Positions 11,945-21,692 are shown, numbered from the stretch's first letter. The stretch is 32,000 nt of DNA from Dickeya dadantii NCPPB 898 (GCF_000406145.1 NZ_CM001976.1:567260-599259), one strand, 5' to 3'. The notes: generated by a model not told the origin, from the letters alone. Made by a program: numbers and translations.

Positions 11945-13648
11945 ATGAGTACGTTAGTTAGCGTATCTGCGTCCTCCGGCAAGGCGGAGAACTGGCACCG
12001 TATCAATTGGAGTCAGGTTCACCGCCATGTCAGAGGGCTACAGATACGAATCGCAAAGGCAACGGAGCAGAAGCGCTGGCGCAGAGTGAAAGCTCTGCAA
12101 AGGATGCTGATGCGCTCGTTTGCAGCCAAGGCACTGGCTGTCAGGCGGGTTACCGAAAATCGAGGCAAAAAGACAGCCGGAGTGGATCGCCAGTTGTGGA
12201 ACACTCCCGGAAGTAAGTGGCAGGCGATAGGTCAGCTAAAACGGACAGGTTATAAGCCGTCTCCGTTAAGGAGTGTTTACATACCCAAGAGCAACGGCAA
12301 ACGCCGTCCCCTGGGCATACCGACGATGAAAGACAGAGCGATGCAGGCGTTATACCTGTTAGCACTTGACCCCGTCTCGGAAACTAGGGCAGATCGCAAC
12401 AGTTATGGCTTCCGTCCGGCGCGTTCAGCGGCAGATGCGATTGAGCAATGTTTTGTTAATCTCAGTCGTAAAAGCTCTGCTGAATGGGTACTGGAAGGCG
12501 ATATAAAAGAGTGTGTTGACAATATCAGCCATGACTGGTTACTTGCCAACATTCCGTTGGATAAACAGGTACTCGGGAAATGGCTTAAAGCGGGATTCAT
12601 GGAGTCCGGTCGGTTATACCCAACGGAGGCTGGTACACCACAGGGAGGCATTATTTCTCCCGTACTGGCTAATATGGCACTGGATGGACTGGAAGCGGTG
12701 TTAGAAACCCATTTTGGGAAGAAAAACACCAAAGCCAGTTATAAAACCAAGACCAATTTTGTGCGTTATGCAGATGATTTCATCATTACGGGTATCTCGA
12801 TAGAGTTGCTTGTAAATGAAGTCAAACCCCTTGTTGAGGCCTTTATGGCGGAACGAGGGCTGCAATTATCACCCGAAAAAACTGTGATAACGCATATTTC
12901 CGATGGGTTTGATTTTCTGGGGCAGAATGTGCGCAAGTACCACGGCAAAATGCTGATAAAGCCTGCTGCCAAGGGACTGCGTAATCATCTTCAGAAAGTC
13001 CGGCAAATAGTGAAACGTAATGCGGCGTCAAAACAGGGTGACCTGATAAGACAACTTAATCCGGTACTACGGGGTTGGGCTAATTATCATCGTCACATTG
13101 TGGCCAAAGAAACGTTTAGCTATATCGACTATCGCGTCTGGAAATTACTCTGGCGCTGGTCATGCCGACGGCACGGGAATCGCAACAAATACTGGGTGAA
13201 GCAGAGATATTTTCACTCTGTCGGGAGCGATAACTGGGTATTTCAGAGTGTCGATGCGGAAAACGGCCTGCAAAGGTTGGTGTCTTGCAAAGATATCCCG
13301 ATTAAACGTCACATTAAAATCAGGTCTGAGGCTAATCCATACGATCCAGTTGACGAGTTGTACTTCGAGCAGCGGCAAGTTAAGCGCTGGAAAGAAGGTA
13401 AAATGCAGCGAGGAAAACTGAGATTAATTTGGGAGCGACAGGGCCATCGATGTCCGATCTGCCACCAGATATTCAGAGATAATGATGATTGGGATGTCCA
13501 TCACATTATCAGACGAGTAGATGGAGGTGGAGATGAGGCCGATAATTTAATGATGCTGCATCCTAACTGCCACAGATTAATTCATCATGGTGGTAAGGGT
13601 GAGTTGGGGGGGCCAATCCCCCTCCTCGGACTTACCGGATTAGCATAA
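11945..13648 (+). CDS. Group II intron-encoded protein: reverse transcriptase / maturase / HNH endonuclease
   Basis: RT motifs are [30 protein letters not shown] and [12 protein letters not shown]. The maturase X motif is [14 protein letters not shown]. The C-terminal HNH region is CPICHQ...[33 protein letters not shown]. The ATG at 11945 is preceded by GGAGGG at 7 nt, whereas the track ORF starts 5 codons earlier at a GTG. Confidence 0.95.
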   Translation: MSTLVSVSASSGKAENWHRINWSQVHRHVRGLQIRIAKATEQKRWRRVKALQRMLMRSFAAKALAVRRVTENRGKKTAGVDRQLWNTPGSKWQAIGQLKRTGYKPSPLRSVYIPKSNGKRRPLGIPTMKDRAMQALYLLALDPVSETRADRNSYGFRPARSAADAIEQCFVNLSRKSSAEWVLEGDIKECVDNISHDWLLANIPLDKQVLGKWLKAGFMESGRLYPTEAGTPQGGIISPVLANMALDGLEAVLETHFGKKNTKASYKTKTNFVRYADDFIITGISIELLVNEVKPLVEAFMAERGLQLSPEKTVITHISDGFDFLGQNVRKYHGKMLIKPAAKGLRNHLQKVRQIVKRNAASKQGDLIRQLNPVLRGWANYHRHIVAKETFSYIDYRVWKLLWRWSCRRHGNRNKYWVKQRYFHSVGSDNWVFQSVDAENGLQRLVSCKDIPIKRHIKIRSEANPYDPVDELYFEQRQVKRWKEGKMQRGKLRLIWERQGHRCPICHQIFRDNDDWDVHHIIRRVDGGGDEADNLMMLHPNCHRLIHHGGKGELGGPIPLLGLTGLA

Positions 13649-14059
13649 AGACGATTTTCATCGCCAGTATGATAACCACGGGGTCGATTTCGACTTTTAA
13701 CGTGATAGTCATAGGTGCTCCTTAGGTTGGTGGGTAAAGTAAGAAAATAAAAACGGAAAACCGTTTTATTTTTCAGTTCGTTAGCATGTGTTCAAAAGTG
13801 AGACTTTTTAGTCGAACCTTTAAATCACAAACGCTAGGGGAACTAAGTGCTAGGCAGATATGGCCTGATAACACTACTTTTTCCAACCGCACATGAGAGC
13901 GTCGAAACTGGAGGGATTTTAAATTAACTGATGCTGATGTCAATCCATATAATGGTTTGATTACATGATGATTTTATCTACTTTAAGTGAAGTTATTGCT
14001 TTCATGTTTTTTTACGATGAAAGTAATCTGAGTAGATGACTAGCTATCCGGAGGTAATA

Positions 14060-14302
14060 ATGGGGTTCGTATACGGAAAAGACTATACCGTTTATGATCA
14101 TAGCGGCGATTTACTTGGAACTATCATCGGTGATGAGTTTATCCGTTCAAAAGCTAATAAATTGTTGTGCAGGATAGATGGTGAAGAGATCTATTCTCTT
14201 GATATACCTTGTAAATTACTTGGTTTTATGGATGGTTTACACGGTAAGTCGATTGATGGCTCGATCCTATTCACTCTTGAAAGCGAATCTTCATCTAAAT
14301 AG
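14060..14302 (+). CDS. Hypothetical 80-aa protein with internal ~17-aa repeats, carried inside intron domain IV
   Basis: The start context is GGAGG-taata-ATG. Three clear repeats have an LLGxIxG-type core (DLLGTIIGDE / KLLCRIDGEE / KLLGFMDGLH), plus a weaker fourth (GKSIDGSILF). The ORF sits in an AT-rich insert. No function can be assigned from the sequence alone. Confidence 0.55.
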   Translation: MGFVYGKDYTVYDHSGDLLGTIIGDEFIRSKANKLLCRIDGEEIYSLDIPCKLLGFMDGLHGKSIDGSILFTLESESSSK

Positions 14303-14349
14303 TAATTAACGTTGCCGGCCCAAACAGTAGTGCGGGCTTATAAAGGCTT

Positions 14350-14425
14350 GAGCCGTATGCGGGGAAACTTGCATGTACGGTTCTTAGGGGGGCGGCGGCG
14401 CAGTAATGCGCTGCTGCTACCCGAC
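14350..14425 (+). ncRNA. Group II intron domains V and VI (catalytic core and branch site)
   Basis: Domain V is GAGCCGUAUGCGGGGAAACUUGCAUGUACGGUUC, with the AGC triad, a GAAA loop and a 2-nt bulge. Domain VI has an 11-bp upper stem capped by GUAA, a bulged A at 14419 and 3 G-C pairs below it. The intron ends 6 nt after the branch A. Confidence 0.92.
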
Positions 14426-14476
14426 ATCTGCCGCGCGACCACAGCGATATCCTCGTTGTGGTGCCTGTCGCACTGT

Positions 14477-14511
14477 AAAAACTACCCGGCTTCGGCCGGG
14501 TAGTTTTTTTT
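14477..14511 (+). terminator. Rho-independent terminator of the groESL(-intron) transcription unit
   Basis: aaaaa-CTACCCGGC-ttcg-GCCGGGTAG-tttttttt gives a 9-bp GC-rich stem, a UUCG loop and a run of 8 T. It lies 51 nt downstream of the 3' splice site. The A-run upstream makes it potentially bidirectional. Confidence 0.88.
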
Positions 14512-14749
14512 AAGGACCGCAGGAAGCATGGTTAACCGCAAGAACGTACACCATGTGTGATAAGGCTTGTCTATCCACTCGTTTGCAACAGGGTGTGAGC
14601 CTCGCTGATAGGTTGTGTAAAAATCGCTCAAGTCGTTAACACGCGGTTCGGAACCTGTTACCAGCGTACGATTCTTCGCTACAATGAGCATCTGCGCTAC
14701 AATAAGCGCGTTTTATTTTATTTATTAAACACCGGGTGGAATGGGATAC

Positions 14750-15265
14750 ATGTCTGATGAGGCGTTGGCTAGACTGCACTCGGTTGAGTGGTGCACGCCT
14801 GAAAATTTACCCGCGTCAGTAGTGGACTGGCTGCTTTACCGCGATTCTATGACGCGCCGTCTGGAACGGCATTGCCTGCGGCTGACCGTACAGGTCAGCG
14901 AAGAGCTGTTTGTGTCGTCGCTGGATGTGGCTGGCGAATCGGCGCTGCTGCCGCTGAGTGAGCGCTATTGGCTGCGTGAGGTGACGCTGCTGGGTGATGG
15001 CAAACCTTGGTTATTTGGTCGCACAGTGATACCGGAGCAGACGCTGGAAGAGGCTGATATTGACCTGACGCAGGTCGGCAATACGCCGTTGGGGCGCTAT
15101 CTGTTTCTGCAGGGACCGCCGCCGCGTGACGTTATTCAGACCGGCCGAAGCGGGGCGCTGTGGGTGCGGCGTTCACGTTTGCTTTTGTCGGGCAATCCGT
15201 TGCTGATCACCGAGCTATTTTTGCCGGATGCCCCCATTTATTACCCCGACGCCCATCAGGGCTGA
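14750..15265 (+). CDS. ubiC: Chorismate pyruvate-lyase
   Basis: VVDWLLYRDSMTRRLE..., ERYWLREVTLLGDGKPWLFGRTVIP and NTPLGRYLF...LLITELFLP match E. coli UbiC. The start could also be the ATG at 14741. Confidence 0.9.
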   Translation: MSDEALARLHSVEWCTPENLPASVVDWLLYRDSMTRRLERHCLRLTVQVSEELFVSSLDVAGESALLPLSERYWLREVTLLGDGKPWLFGRTVIPEQTLEEADIDLTQVGNTPLGRYLFLQGPPPRDVIQTGRSGALWVRRSRLLLSGNPLLITELFLPDAPIYYPDAHQG

Positions 15266-15286
15266 GTGCAGAAGGAGAACCAGGCG

Positions 15287-16150
15287 TTGGAAAGACTGTT
15301 AACGTCAGAACGCTGGGGCGCGTATTGTCGCCTGATGCGTATCAATAACCCGATTGGCACCCTGTTGTTGTTATGGCCGACACTGTGGGCATTGTGGCTG
15401 GCAGGGCGTGGAACGCCGGCGCCCTGGACGCTGTTGGTGTTCGTGGCGGGCGTGTTCCTGATGCGTGCGGCAGGGTGTGTGATCAATGATTATGCCGACC
15501 GCCATTTTGACGGTCATGTCAAACGTACCGCCGCGCGTCCGCTGCCGGCGGGTTTAGTGAGCGAACAAGCTGCCAAAGTGCTGTTTGTGGTGCTGGTGCT
15601 GCTGGCGTTCGGTCTGGTGCTGACCATGAATCCGTTGACCATCTGGTTATCGGTCGCCGCGCTGGCGCTGGCTTGGGTGTACCCGTTCATGAAGCGCGTC
15701 AGCCACCTGCCGCAACTGGTGCTGGGCGCGGCGTTTGGCTGGTCGATCCCGATGGCTTATGCCGCTGTCAGCGAATCATTGCCTGCCACCTGCTGGCTGA
15801 TGTTTTTTGCTTATATCTGCTGGACCGTCGCTTACGACACCGAATACGCCATGGTGGATCGCGACGACGACCTCAAGATCGGGATAAAGTCCACCGCTAT
15901 CCTGTTTGGTCGTCACGACACGTTGATTGTCGGCGTACTGCAACTGGTGACGCTGGTGGCGATGCTGGCGCTGGGGCGGATGATGGGGCTGAGTCAGATT
16001 TTTTACTGGTCGGTGCTGGCGGCTGCCGCGTTGTTCGCTTATCAGCAGAAACTGATTGCCGGGCGTGAGCGCGATGACTGTTTTCGGGCATTCAACAATA
16101 ACAATTATGTCGGGATGGTGCTGTTTTTCGGCATCCTGTTCGGTTTGTAG
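15287..16150 (+). CDS. ubiA: 4-hydroxybenzoate octaprenyltransferase
   Basis: From the TTG at 15287 (AGGAG 9 nt upstream) the product (M)[36 protein letters not shown] aligns residue for residue with the E. coli UbiA N-terminus. The track ORF starts at a GTG 7 codons earlier. Confidence 0.92.
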   Translation: MERLLTSERWGAYCRLMRINNPIGTLLLLWPTLWALWLAGRGTPAPWTLLVFVAGVFLMRAAGCVINDYADRHFDGHVKRTAARPLPAGLVSEQAAKVLFVVLVLLAFGLVLTMNPLTIWLSVAALALAWVYPFMKRVSHLPQLVLGAAFGWSIPMAYAAVSESLPATCWLMFFAYICWTVAYDTEYAMVDRDDDLKIGIKSTAILFGRHDTLIVGVLQLVTLVAMLALGRMMGLSQIFYWSVLAAAALFAYQQKLIAGRERDDCFRAFNNNNYVGMVLFFGILFGL

Positions 16151-16194
16151 CTGTTCTCTTTGTCATAAATGTAGCTGTTTTCTTCGTAATAAAT

Positions 16195-16223
16195 GCAGCC
16201 CTGCGGAGCGGCTCCGCAGGGCT
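16195..16223. terminator. Bidirectional hairpin terminator between convergent ubiA and plsB
   Basis: cagccctgcggag-cgg-ctccgcagggctg gives a perfect 13-bp stem. Confidence 0.6.
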
Positions 16224-16228
16224 GAACG

Positions 16229-18724
16229 TTACTCTACTTCTTCTTTTTCTTTCTCGACATCGACATCGACGACAACGGATTCGCTGTCGCCATCGCCGCT
16301 CTCCTGCGCCAGACTGGCGCTTTCAATCGTCAGCTTCACTTCCGGACTCAGTAGTTCTCCCAGAATAGCGTAAATCGCCTGGACGTGTTCCAGCACCGCT
16401 TCGCCGCTGTCGCTGACATACCCTTCGTTACGCAATGTGTTGACCAGCGTTGAGAACACCGCCTTGTCGAAAAACTCCGGCGCGTTGATGCCGTGCAACA
16501 CCGAGAGACGTTGCGCCATGCTGCGGCTTTCTTTTTCCAGCGCGCCGCGGCTGATGGTCGGGTTGGCGTTCAGCAACGCCAGGGTAATGGCATAACGTTG
16601 CAGCGTTTCGCGGACACCGGCGGCCAGCAGTTGCAGGGCGCGGATACGCGCGGGGTTCAGTTCCAGCCCGTCATCCTTGATCAGAATCAGTTGCTGGCGC
16701 GCCAGCTCGGCCACCAGCGCGTCCAGCACGTCAGACAGCTCGGACTGCTTGTAGTGCAGGAATAATTCGGCCTGCAGCAGCGGATAAATCAGCGTTATCT
16801 GGCGCAGCAATTCCCCGGCGGAGATCCGGCGGTAATGCATCACGATGCTTGCAACCAGCGACGGCAGCACCAGCATATGATGGATATTATTGCGGTAGTA
16901 CGTCATCAGCACCGCCTGCTCGCGCGGCAGGATGATAATGTCGCCGACGTTGTCCTTCTCCACCTCGAACTTGTCCATACCGAGCGCGTGTTCCAGCAAC
17001 TCGGCGGCGGTTTTTTTCGGCACGGTGATATCGCTGCTGTAAGGGACGTTACGCAGCAGTTGCAGATAACACTCCAACTGCTCTTCCATCTGCTCACGCG
17101 TCAACGCCCGCTGGCGGGAAGCCAGCAGCGCGGTACAGCACAGGTTCATGGCGTTGGCCGCCGCCGCGTTGTTGATGCGCACCATGATGTCGTCGGCGAT
17201 ATCCTGCACGGTAGGCGTCAGCCAGGCCGGGCGTTGCGGATCGATAGGATCGATAGCGTCGCGCCACTGCGGCACACGGTTGTTGAGGTAGGTGGTCAGC
17301 GACAGCGGCTCACCGATATTAACGTACCCCTGACCGAGATTACGCAGCTTGCGCAGTCCGCGCACCATCTGCAGGAAGCCTTCTTTTTCCTTGGTGGCGC
17401 CGCGCAGCTCTTTAGCGTAGGTGCCGACTTCCATCACGTGTTCGTAGCCAATGTAAATCGGCACCAGCGTGATCTGGCGGGTACCGCCGCGCAGCATCGC
17501 CTGAATGGTCATCGCCAGCGTGCCGGTCTTCGGCTCCAGCAAACGGCCGGTGCGGGAACGGCCGCCTTCGACGAAGTACTCCACCGAATAGCCGCGGGTA
17601 AACAGCTCGCCCAGATACTCGCGGAACAGAGTGGAATAGAGCTTGTTGCCTTTGAAGGTCCGGCGGATGAAAAAGGCGCCGAGACGACGGAAGATCGGGC
17701 CGGCCGGCCAGAAGTTAAGGTTAATGCCGGCGGCGATGTGCGGCGGCACCAAGCCCTGATGGTAGAGCACGTAGGAGAGCAGCAGATAGTCCATGTGGCT
17801 GCGATGGCAGGGAACATAGACGATTTCATGCCCGTCCTGCGCCAACTGGCGTACCCGTTCGGCATTATGCACGTTGATGCCCTGGTACAGACGATTCCAG
17901 GTCCAGCTCAGCACCCGGTCGGATAGCCTGACGGCTTCATAGGAGAAGTCGGCGGCGATCTCTTCCAGCAGCGTGATGGCGTTCTGCTGTGCCTTGTCGT
18001 GGGAAATCTTTTTGACCCGTGCTTCATCATCAATCGCTTTGGCGATGGCGCGGGAAGACAGCAGCTTGTTGAACAACTCCTGACGAACCGGCAAACGCGG
18101 TCCGACGGCCGCCAGCCGCAAACGGGAGAAGTGCATACGTGCTACGCGCGCCAGCTTGTGGGCGATGGTTTTGTCGGTGCCGTGTTCGGTCGCCATGTAA
18201 CGCAGCGAGACGGGAACGGAAAAGCGCACAAAACTGTCGCGACCGAGCCACAGAACGGCGAAGAATTTCTCTATGCCGTTGAGCAACCGCAGATGCGGCG
18301 TGTCCTGATTCTGCCCCTCGCGGCCGGGGGAGCGGCCGAACATGACCGACACCGGCACCATCTGTATATCGAGTTCCGGATTGTTGCGATGCAGATCCAG
18401 ATAGTCGTGAAACAGCTTTATCGACTGCTGTTTGGGCACGTAATAACGGAACAGGCGTGGGCCGTCATTGACAAATACGTAACTCGGCAGAATTTTGCCG
18501 TCGATCTGCAGCGGCTGCAACGGATCGGGCAGACTGAGCTCCAGACATTTGGTGCGCAGCGTCAGCAGGTCTGCCTTGGAGTTGTAGGGCAGCACATAGA
18601 AGATCGGTCGCGCCGGATCCAGACGTTGTTCGTTAACGGGATCCTGTGGGATAACTTTACTCTTTACCAAGAGTTTTAGTGGGAAATTCAGTAGTTTATA
18701 GTAGATTCTACGCCAACCTGACAT
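16229..18724 (-). CDS. plsB: Glycerol-3-phosphate acyltransferase PlsB
   Basis: [24 protein letters not shown]... aligns with the E. coli PlsB start, and the HX4D motif [13 protein letters not shown] is present. The 12 upstream codons in the track are not part of the gene. The C-terminal acidic tail [22 protein letters not shown] is extra relative to E. coli. Confidence 0.96.
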   Translation of the reverse strand: MSGWRRIYYKLLNFPLKLLVKSKVIPQDPVNEQRLDPARPIFYVLPYNSKADLLTLRTKCLELSLPDPLQPLQIDGKILPSYVFVNDGPRLFRYYVPKQQSIKLFHDYLDLHRNNPELDIQMVPVSVMFGRSPGREGQNQDTPHLRLLNGIEKFFAVLWLGRDSFVRFSVPVSLRYMATEHGTDKTIAHKLARVARMHFSRLRLAAVGPRLPVRQELFNKLLSSRAIAKAIDDEARVKKISHDKAQQNAITLLEEIAADFSYEAVRLSDRVLSWTWNRLYQGINVHNAERVRQLAQDGHEIVYVPCHRSHMDYLLLSYVLYHQGLVPPHIAAGINLNFWPAGPIFRRLGAFFIRRTFKGNKLYSTLFREYLGELFTRGYSVEYFVEGGRSRTGRLLEPKTGTLAMTIQAMLRGGTRQITLVPIYIGYEHVMEVGTYAKELRGATKEKEGFLQMVRGLRKLRNLGQGYVNIGEPLSLTTYLNNRVPQWRDAIDPIDPQRPAWLTPTVQDIADDIMVRINNAAAANAMNLCCTALLASRQRALTREQMEEQLECYLQLLRNVPYSSDITVPKKTAAELLEHALGMDKFEVEKDNVGDIIILPREQAVLMTYYRNNIHHMLVLPSLVASIVMHYRRISAGELLRQITLIYPLLQAELFLHYKQSELSDVLDALVAELARQQLILIKDDGLELNPARIRALQLLAAGVRETLQRYAITLALLNANPTISRGALEKESRSMAQRLSVLHGINAPEFFDKAVFSTLVNTLRNEGYVSDSGEAVLEHVQAIYAILGELLSPEVKLTIESASLAQESGDGDSESVVVDVDVEKEKEEVE

Positions 18725-18852
18725 AACAACCAGAAGCCTCTTGTTAGCAATGCGGGCCAAGGATACCAGAAACCCGGCAGGATATCTGTGGTGATGAGAC
18801 CATGACGACGCGTTAAAATTGCGGCCAATGACAAATTAAAGGTGGAGTAAGC

Positions 18853-19218
18853 ATGAACAAAACAACCGGGATAACCCGCATCATCAAAGCGGCGGGTTAT
18901 TCGCTGCAAGGGTTGCAACAGGCATGGCGGCATGAGGCCGCATTTCGCCAGGAATCACTACTCACGCTTGCCGCCATTATTATTGCCTGCTGGCTGCCGG
19001 TTGCAATGGTGGAGCGGCTGTTGTTGATCGGTTCCGTGGTGCTGATCGTGCTGTTTGAGCTGGTCAATAGCGCTATTGAAGCGGTGGTGGATCGAATCGG
19101 CATGGATTACCACGAATTGTCCGGCCGGGCGAAGGACATTGGCTCGGCGGCGGTATTTGTCGCCTGTTTGCTGGCGGCGGGAGTATGGGGAGCGATACTG
19201 TGGAACCGTTTTGCGTGA
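18853..19218 (+). CDS. dgkA: Diacylglycerol kinase
   Basis: [30 protein letters not shown]...[28 protein letters not shown], 121 aa. The gene is divergent from plsB, as in E. coli. Confidence 0.96.
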   Translation: MNKTTGITRIIKAAGYSLQGLQQAWRHEAAFRQESLLTLAAIIIACWLPVAMVERLLLIGSVVLIVLFELVNSAIEAVVDRIGMDYHELSGRAKDIGSAAVFVACLLAAGVWGAILWNRFA

Positions 19219-19282
19219 CGCTTTGCATAATCGCAGAAAAATCCGCGCAATAGCGATATCGCGGTTCCCATCGGCACTTTCC

Positions 19283-19298
19283 CTGTATATACTCACAG
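19283..19298 (+). promoter_or_regulatory. LexA (SOS) box 1 in the lexA promoter
   Basis: CTGTATATACTCACAG fits CTGT-N8-ACAG and, as I recall it, is identical to E. coli lexA box 1. Confidence 0.9.
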
Positions 19299-19303
19299 CG
19301 AAA

Positions 19304-19319
19304 CTGTATAAACAACCAG
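19304..19319 (+). promoter_or_regulatory. LexA (SOS) box 2 in the lexA promoter
   Basis: CTGTATAAACAACCAG has a CTGTAT left half and a degenerate CCAG right half, as in E. coli box 2. It lies 5 nt after box 1. Confidence 0.8.
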
Positions 19320-19327
19320 GGGGCGGA

Positions 19328-19939
19328 ATGAAAGCGCTAACTACCAGACAACAGCAGGTTTATGATCTGATTCGCGATCATATTTCACAAACCGGTATGC
19401 CGCCCACCCGGGCCGAAATCGCCAGTCAGCTTGGCTTCCGTTCGCCGAATGCGGCTGAGGAACACCTCAAGGCGCTGGCGCGCAAAGGCGTCATTGAGAT
19501 CGTTACCGGCGCTTCCCGCGGTATTCGCCTGTTGATGGAAGAAGAAGATCAGGGATTGCCGCTGATTGGCCGCGTCGCCGCCGGCGAACCGTTGCTGGCT
19601 CAGCAGCACATCGAATGCCACTATCAGGTCGACCCGGCGATGTTCAAGCCTAGCGCCGATTTCCTGCTGCGGGTCAGCGGAATGTCGATGAAGGATATCG
19701 GTATTCTGGACGGCGACCTGCTGGCGGTGCATAAAACGCAGGATGTGCGCAACGGCCAGGTGGTGGTGGCGCGTATTGAAGATGAAGTAACGGTCAAACG
19801 ATTGAAAAAGCAGGGCAATGTTGTGCAACTGCTGGCGGAAAACAAAGAATTCGCGCCGATCGTTGTCGATCTGCGCGAGCAAAATTTCTCCATTGAAGGA
19901 TTGGCGGTTGGCGTGATCCGCAACAGCGACTGGAGCTAA
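19328..19939 (+). CDS. lexA: LexA repressor
   Basis: [58 protein letters not shown]..., with the cleavage site VAAGEP and the catalytic region GMSMKDIGI. The track ORF 19055.. is an upstream read-in. Confidence 0.97.
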   Translation: MKALTTRQQQVYDLIRDHISQTGMPPTRAEIASQLGFRSPNAAEEHLKALARKGVIEIVTGASRGIRLLMEEEDQGLPLIGRVAAGEPLLAQQHIECHYQVDPAMFKPSADFLLRVSGMSMKDIGILDGDLLAVHKTQDVRNGQVVVARIEDEVTVKRLKKQGNVVQLLAENKEFAPIVVDLREQNFSIEGLAVGVIRNSDWS

Positions 19940-19986
19940 CGCCCCTGCTTTAGTCCGCTTTTGATGGATGTAGGCTTCCGCCCATG

Positions 19987-20030
19987 CAGGTGTTCAGCTT
20001 GTCTGGATGAACACCTGTACCGTCCGGTAC
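19987..20030 (+). terminator. Tandem hairpins downstream of lexA (probable terminator)
   Basis: The first hairpin is caggtgttca-N11-tgaacacctg (10 bp). It is followed by gtaccg-tc-cggtac and then ttt. Confidence 0.4.
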
Positions 20031-20083
20031 TTTGATGGTCCGGGCCGAACGTAGTGCATAAGTGGTGTATGAATTGAGGGAAG

Positions 20084-20208
20084 CGTGACGTATTCAGGAC
20101 GAATAACGTATTCAGAAAGAATATGTGTTTAGAAAGCGTCACGTATTTTGAAAGAGTACGTATTTCGAAATAGTACGTATTTTAAACGAGTACGTATTTC
20201 GACAGAGT
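20084..20208. repeat. Array of seven 17-18-bp direct repeats with an ACGTATT core
   Basis: ACGTATT cores start at 20088, 20106, 20141, 20158, 20175 and 20192, with a degenerate copy (ATGTGTT) near 20123. The last four units are exactly 17 bp apart, with consensus gagtACGTATTTyGAAA. Confidence 0.85.
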
Positions 20209-20231
20209 AGTGTGAAGCAACGGCTTCACAC

Positions 20232-20741
20232 TCAGCGTTTCTTCACCAGTATGCTGTGATCATGATTACAGCTGTCCCGATGCTCGCAGGACTCCACCTT
20301 CTGGCATTCGCCACACAAACCGTGGGCTTCTACCACACTATGACGCAGGGCGAAACCTGACTGTTTCGCCAACTGGTGCAGCGTTTCCTCAACGCCTTCC
20401 GTCTGGCGTTCCGTCACCAGCCCGCAGCGGTCGCAGATAAACAATGCCGAAGTATGGCTATGCTCTTCGAAATGATGGCACAGCACATAGCTGTTGGTGG
20501 ACTCTACCTTGTGGATAAAACCTTGTTCCAGTAGAAAATCCAGCGCGCGATAAACGGTGGGCGGCTTGGCCTGAGGCTCGGAAACGCGAAGCAAATCCAG
20601 CAGATCATACGCGCTGATCGCACCGGGTTGCTGGGCCATTAAGCGCAATACTTCCTGACGCTGGGGCGTCAGACGCACATTGCGTTGCTGGCAAAGCTGT
20701 TCAGCCTGGGCAACAAGTTTGTCCGGATTGGTTGAATCCAT
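20232..20741 (-). CDS. zur: Zinc uptake regulator Zur
   Basis: NVRLTPQRQEVLRLMAQQPGAISAYDLLDLLRVSEPQAKPPTVYRALDFLLEQGFIHKVESTNSYVLCHHF... is nearly collinear with E. coli Zur. A 9-bp hairpin (20210-20231) abuts the stop codon. Confidence 0.95.
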   Translation of the reverse strand: MDSTNPDKLVAQAEQLCQQRNVRLTPQRQEVLRLMAQQPGAISAYDLLDLLRVSEPQAKPPTVYRALDFLLEQGFIHKVESTNSYVLCHHFEEHSHTSALFICDRCGLVTERQTEGVEETLHQLAKQSGFALRHSVVEAHGLCGECQKVESCEHRDSCNHDHSILVKKR

Positions 20742-20987
20742 TGCAGTAACCCTGAAGCGAGTGTGAAATCATGGCGGCATCTTACCATGACTGAATAAAA
20801 ACGCCGAGATGGCTGCCGCAAGGTTGCGCTGGGCCTGCTCTCGTTACACCGCATGGCTGACAATTGATTTTCTTTATAGCGAATTCCCGGCCGCGCCTGG
20901 CCTGATTCGTGGCGCTGGCTCTGCCCTGAAAGGTGGCTATCAGGGCGTAAGGAAATAGACGTGGCGGGTCCTGGCGTGAGCGCCAGC

Positions 20988-21692
20988 CTAGACAACCAGG
21001 TCGATCAGCAATGCCCGTGTGGCGGTTTCCGCCCGAATGATAAGGCTGTTTTCCTGCTGGACAAACGCACCGTCACCGCAGCGCAATACGTTGTGAATCG
21101 CAGCGCTATTGCCGTTGATGCTGCTGGTGCCGTGAATCGATTGCAGGTAGGCGCGGTTGCCGTTTAGCGTCAGGTTGTGCTGCTCGCCAGCCGCCAGATC
21201 CAGATGGTGAATCCAAACCTGCTGGCGCAAATGGAAGGCGTCGGCCGACTCATCCGGCGATGCCAGCAACTGGTAAGGCTGGTCTTTCAGCGTTAACCGC
21301 TGCAAACACTGGTTTTCCCGCGTTGGACAGGCGTCCAGCCACAGTTGCAGCCGGGTCAGCGGCGTGTTGTCGCCGATATTGTGTTCGCTGTAGCTGACGT
21401 TGGGCTGGGCGGCCAGCAGCAAGGCTTCACCCGCTCTGGCGCGAGTATGGTTGCCGTTGCTGTCGCGATATTCCGCTTCGCCCTGCAACAGGATGTTCAG
21501 AATATCGACGCGCGGATAGGTTCGTGGCTGAAAAGAGGCACCCGGGGCCAGTACTTCCTGATTGAGCACCCGCAGCGAGGCGAAACCCAGTAGATCAGGA
21601 TCAAAGTAATGACCGAAAGAAAAGGTGTAACGTGCCTGCAACCAGCCATAGTCAGCCTGGCCGCACTGTTCTGCTGCTCTGCTAATGATCAT
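20988..21692 (-). CDS. yhaK: Pirin-like protein YhaK
   Basis: QCGQADYGWLQARYTFSFGHYFDPDLLGFASLRVLNQEVLAPGASFQPRTYPRVDILN... matches E. coli YhaK, including loss of the canonical pirin metal-binding His residues. It is divergent from yhaJ. Confidence 0.9.
   Translation of the reverse strand: MIISRAAEQCGQADYGWLQARYTFSFGHYFDPDLLGFASLRVLNQEVLAPGASFQPRTYPRVDILNILLQGEAEYRDSNGNHTRARAGEALLLAAQPNVSYSEHNIGDNTPLTRLQLWLDACPTRENQCLQRLTLKDQPYQLLASPDESADAFHLRQQVWIHHLDLAAGEQHNLTLNGNRAYLQSIHGTSSINGNSAAIHNVLRCGDGAFVQQENSLIIRAETATRALLIDLVV

Noticed and set aside
11945-13648. The reverse transcriptase could instead be a retron, DGR, Abi or other defence-associated RT.
   Set aside because: The ORF has the maturase X motif and an HNH domain. 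It is flanked by bona fide group II ribozyme parts (domains V and VI, the EBS sites and a GUGCG 5' end). I see no msr/msd-like inverted repeats and no template/variable repeat pair.
14426-14427. An alternative 3' splice site after ...CCCGACAT at 14427 (an AU ending).
   Set aside because: It would put the branch A at position -9. It would also fuse groEL to a 25-codon read-through (TA|C TGC CGC ...). Position 14425 gives a branch A at -7 and a TAA stop.
14482-14691. A 69-aa ORF on the minus strand upstream of ubiC.
   Set aside because: Its 3' end runs through the groESL terminator hairpin. It has no SD and no recognisable similarity, so it is most likely ubiC promoter/intergenic DNA.
20084-20208. 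The tandem repeat array could be a small CRISPR array.
   Set aside because: The units are 17-18 bp and directly abut each other with no unique spacers. No cas genes or leader are nearby.
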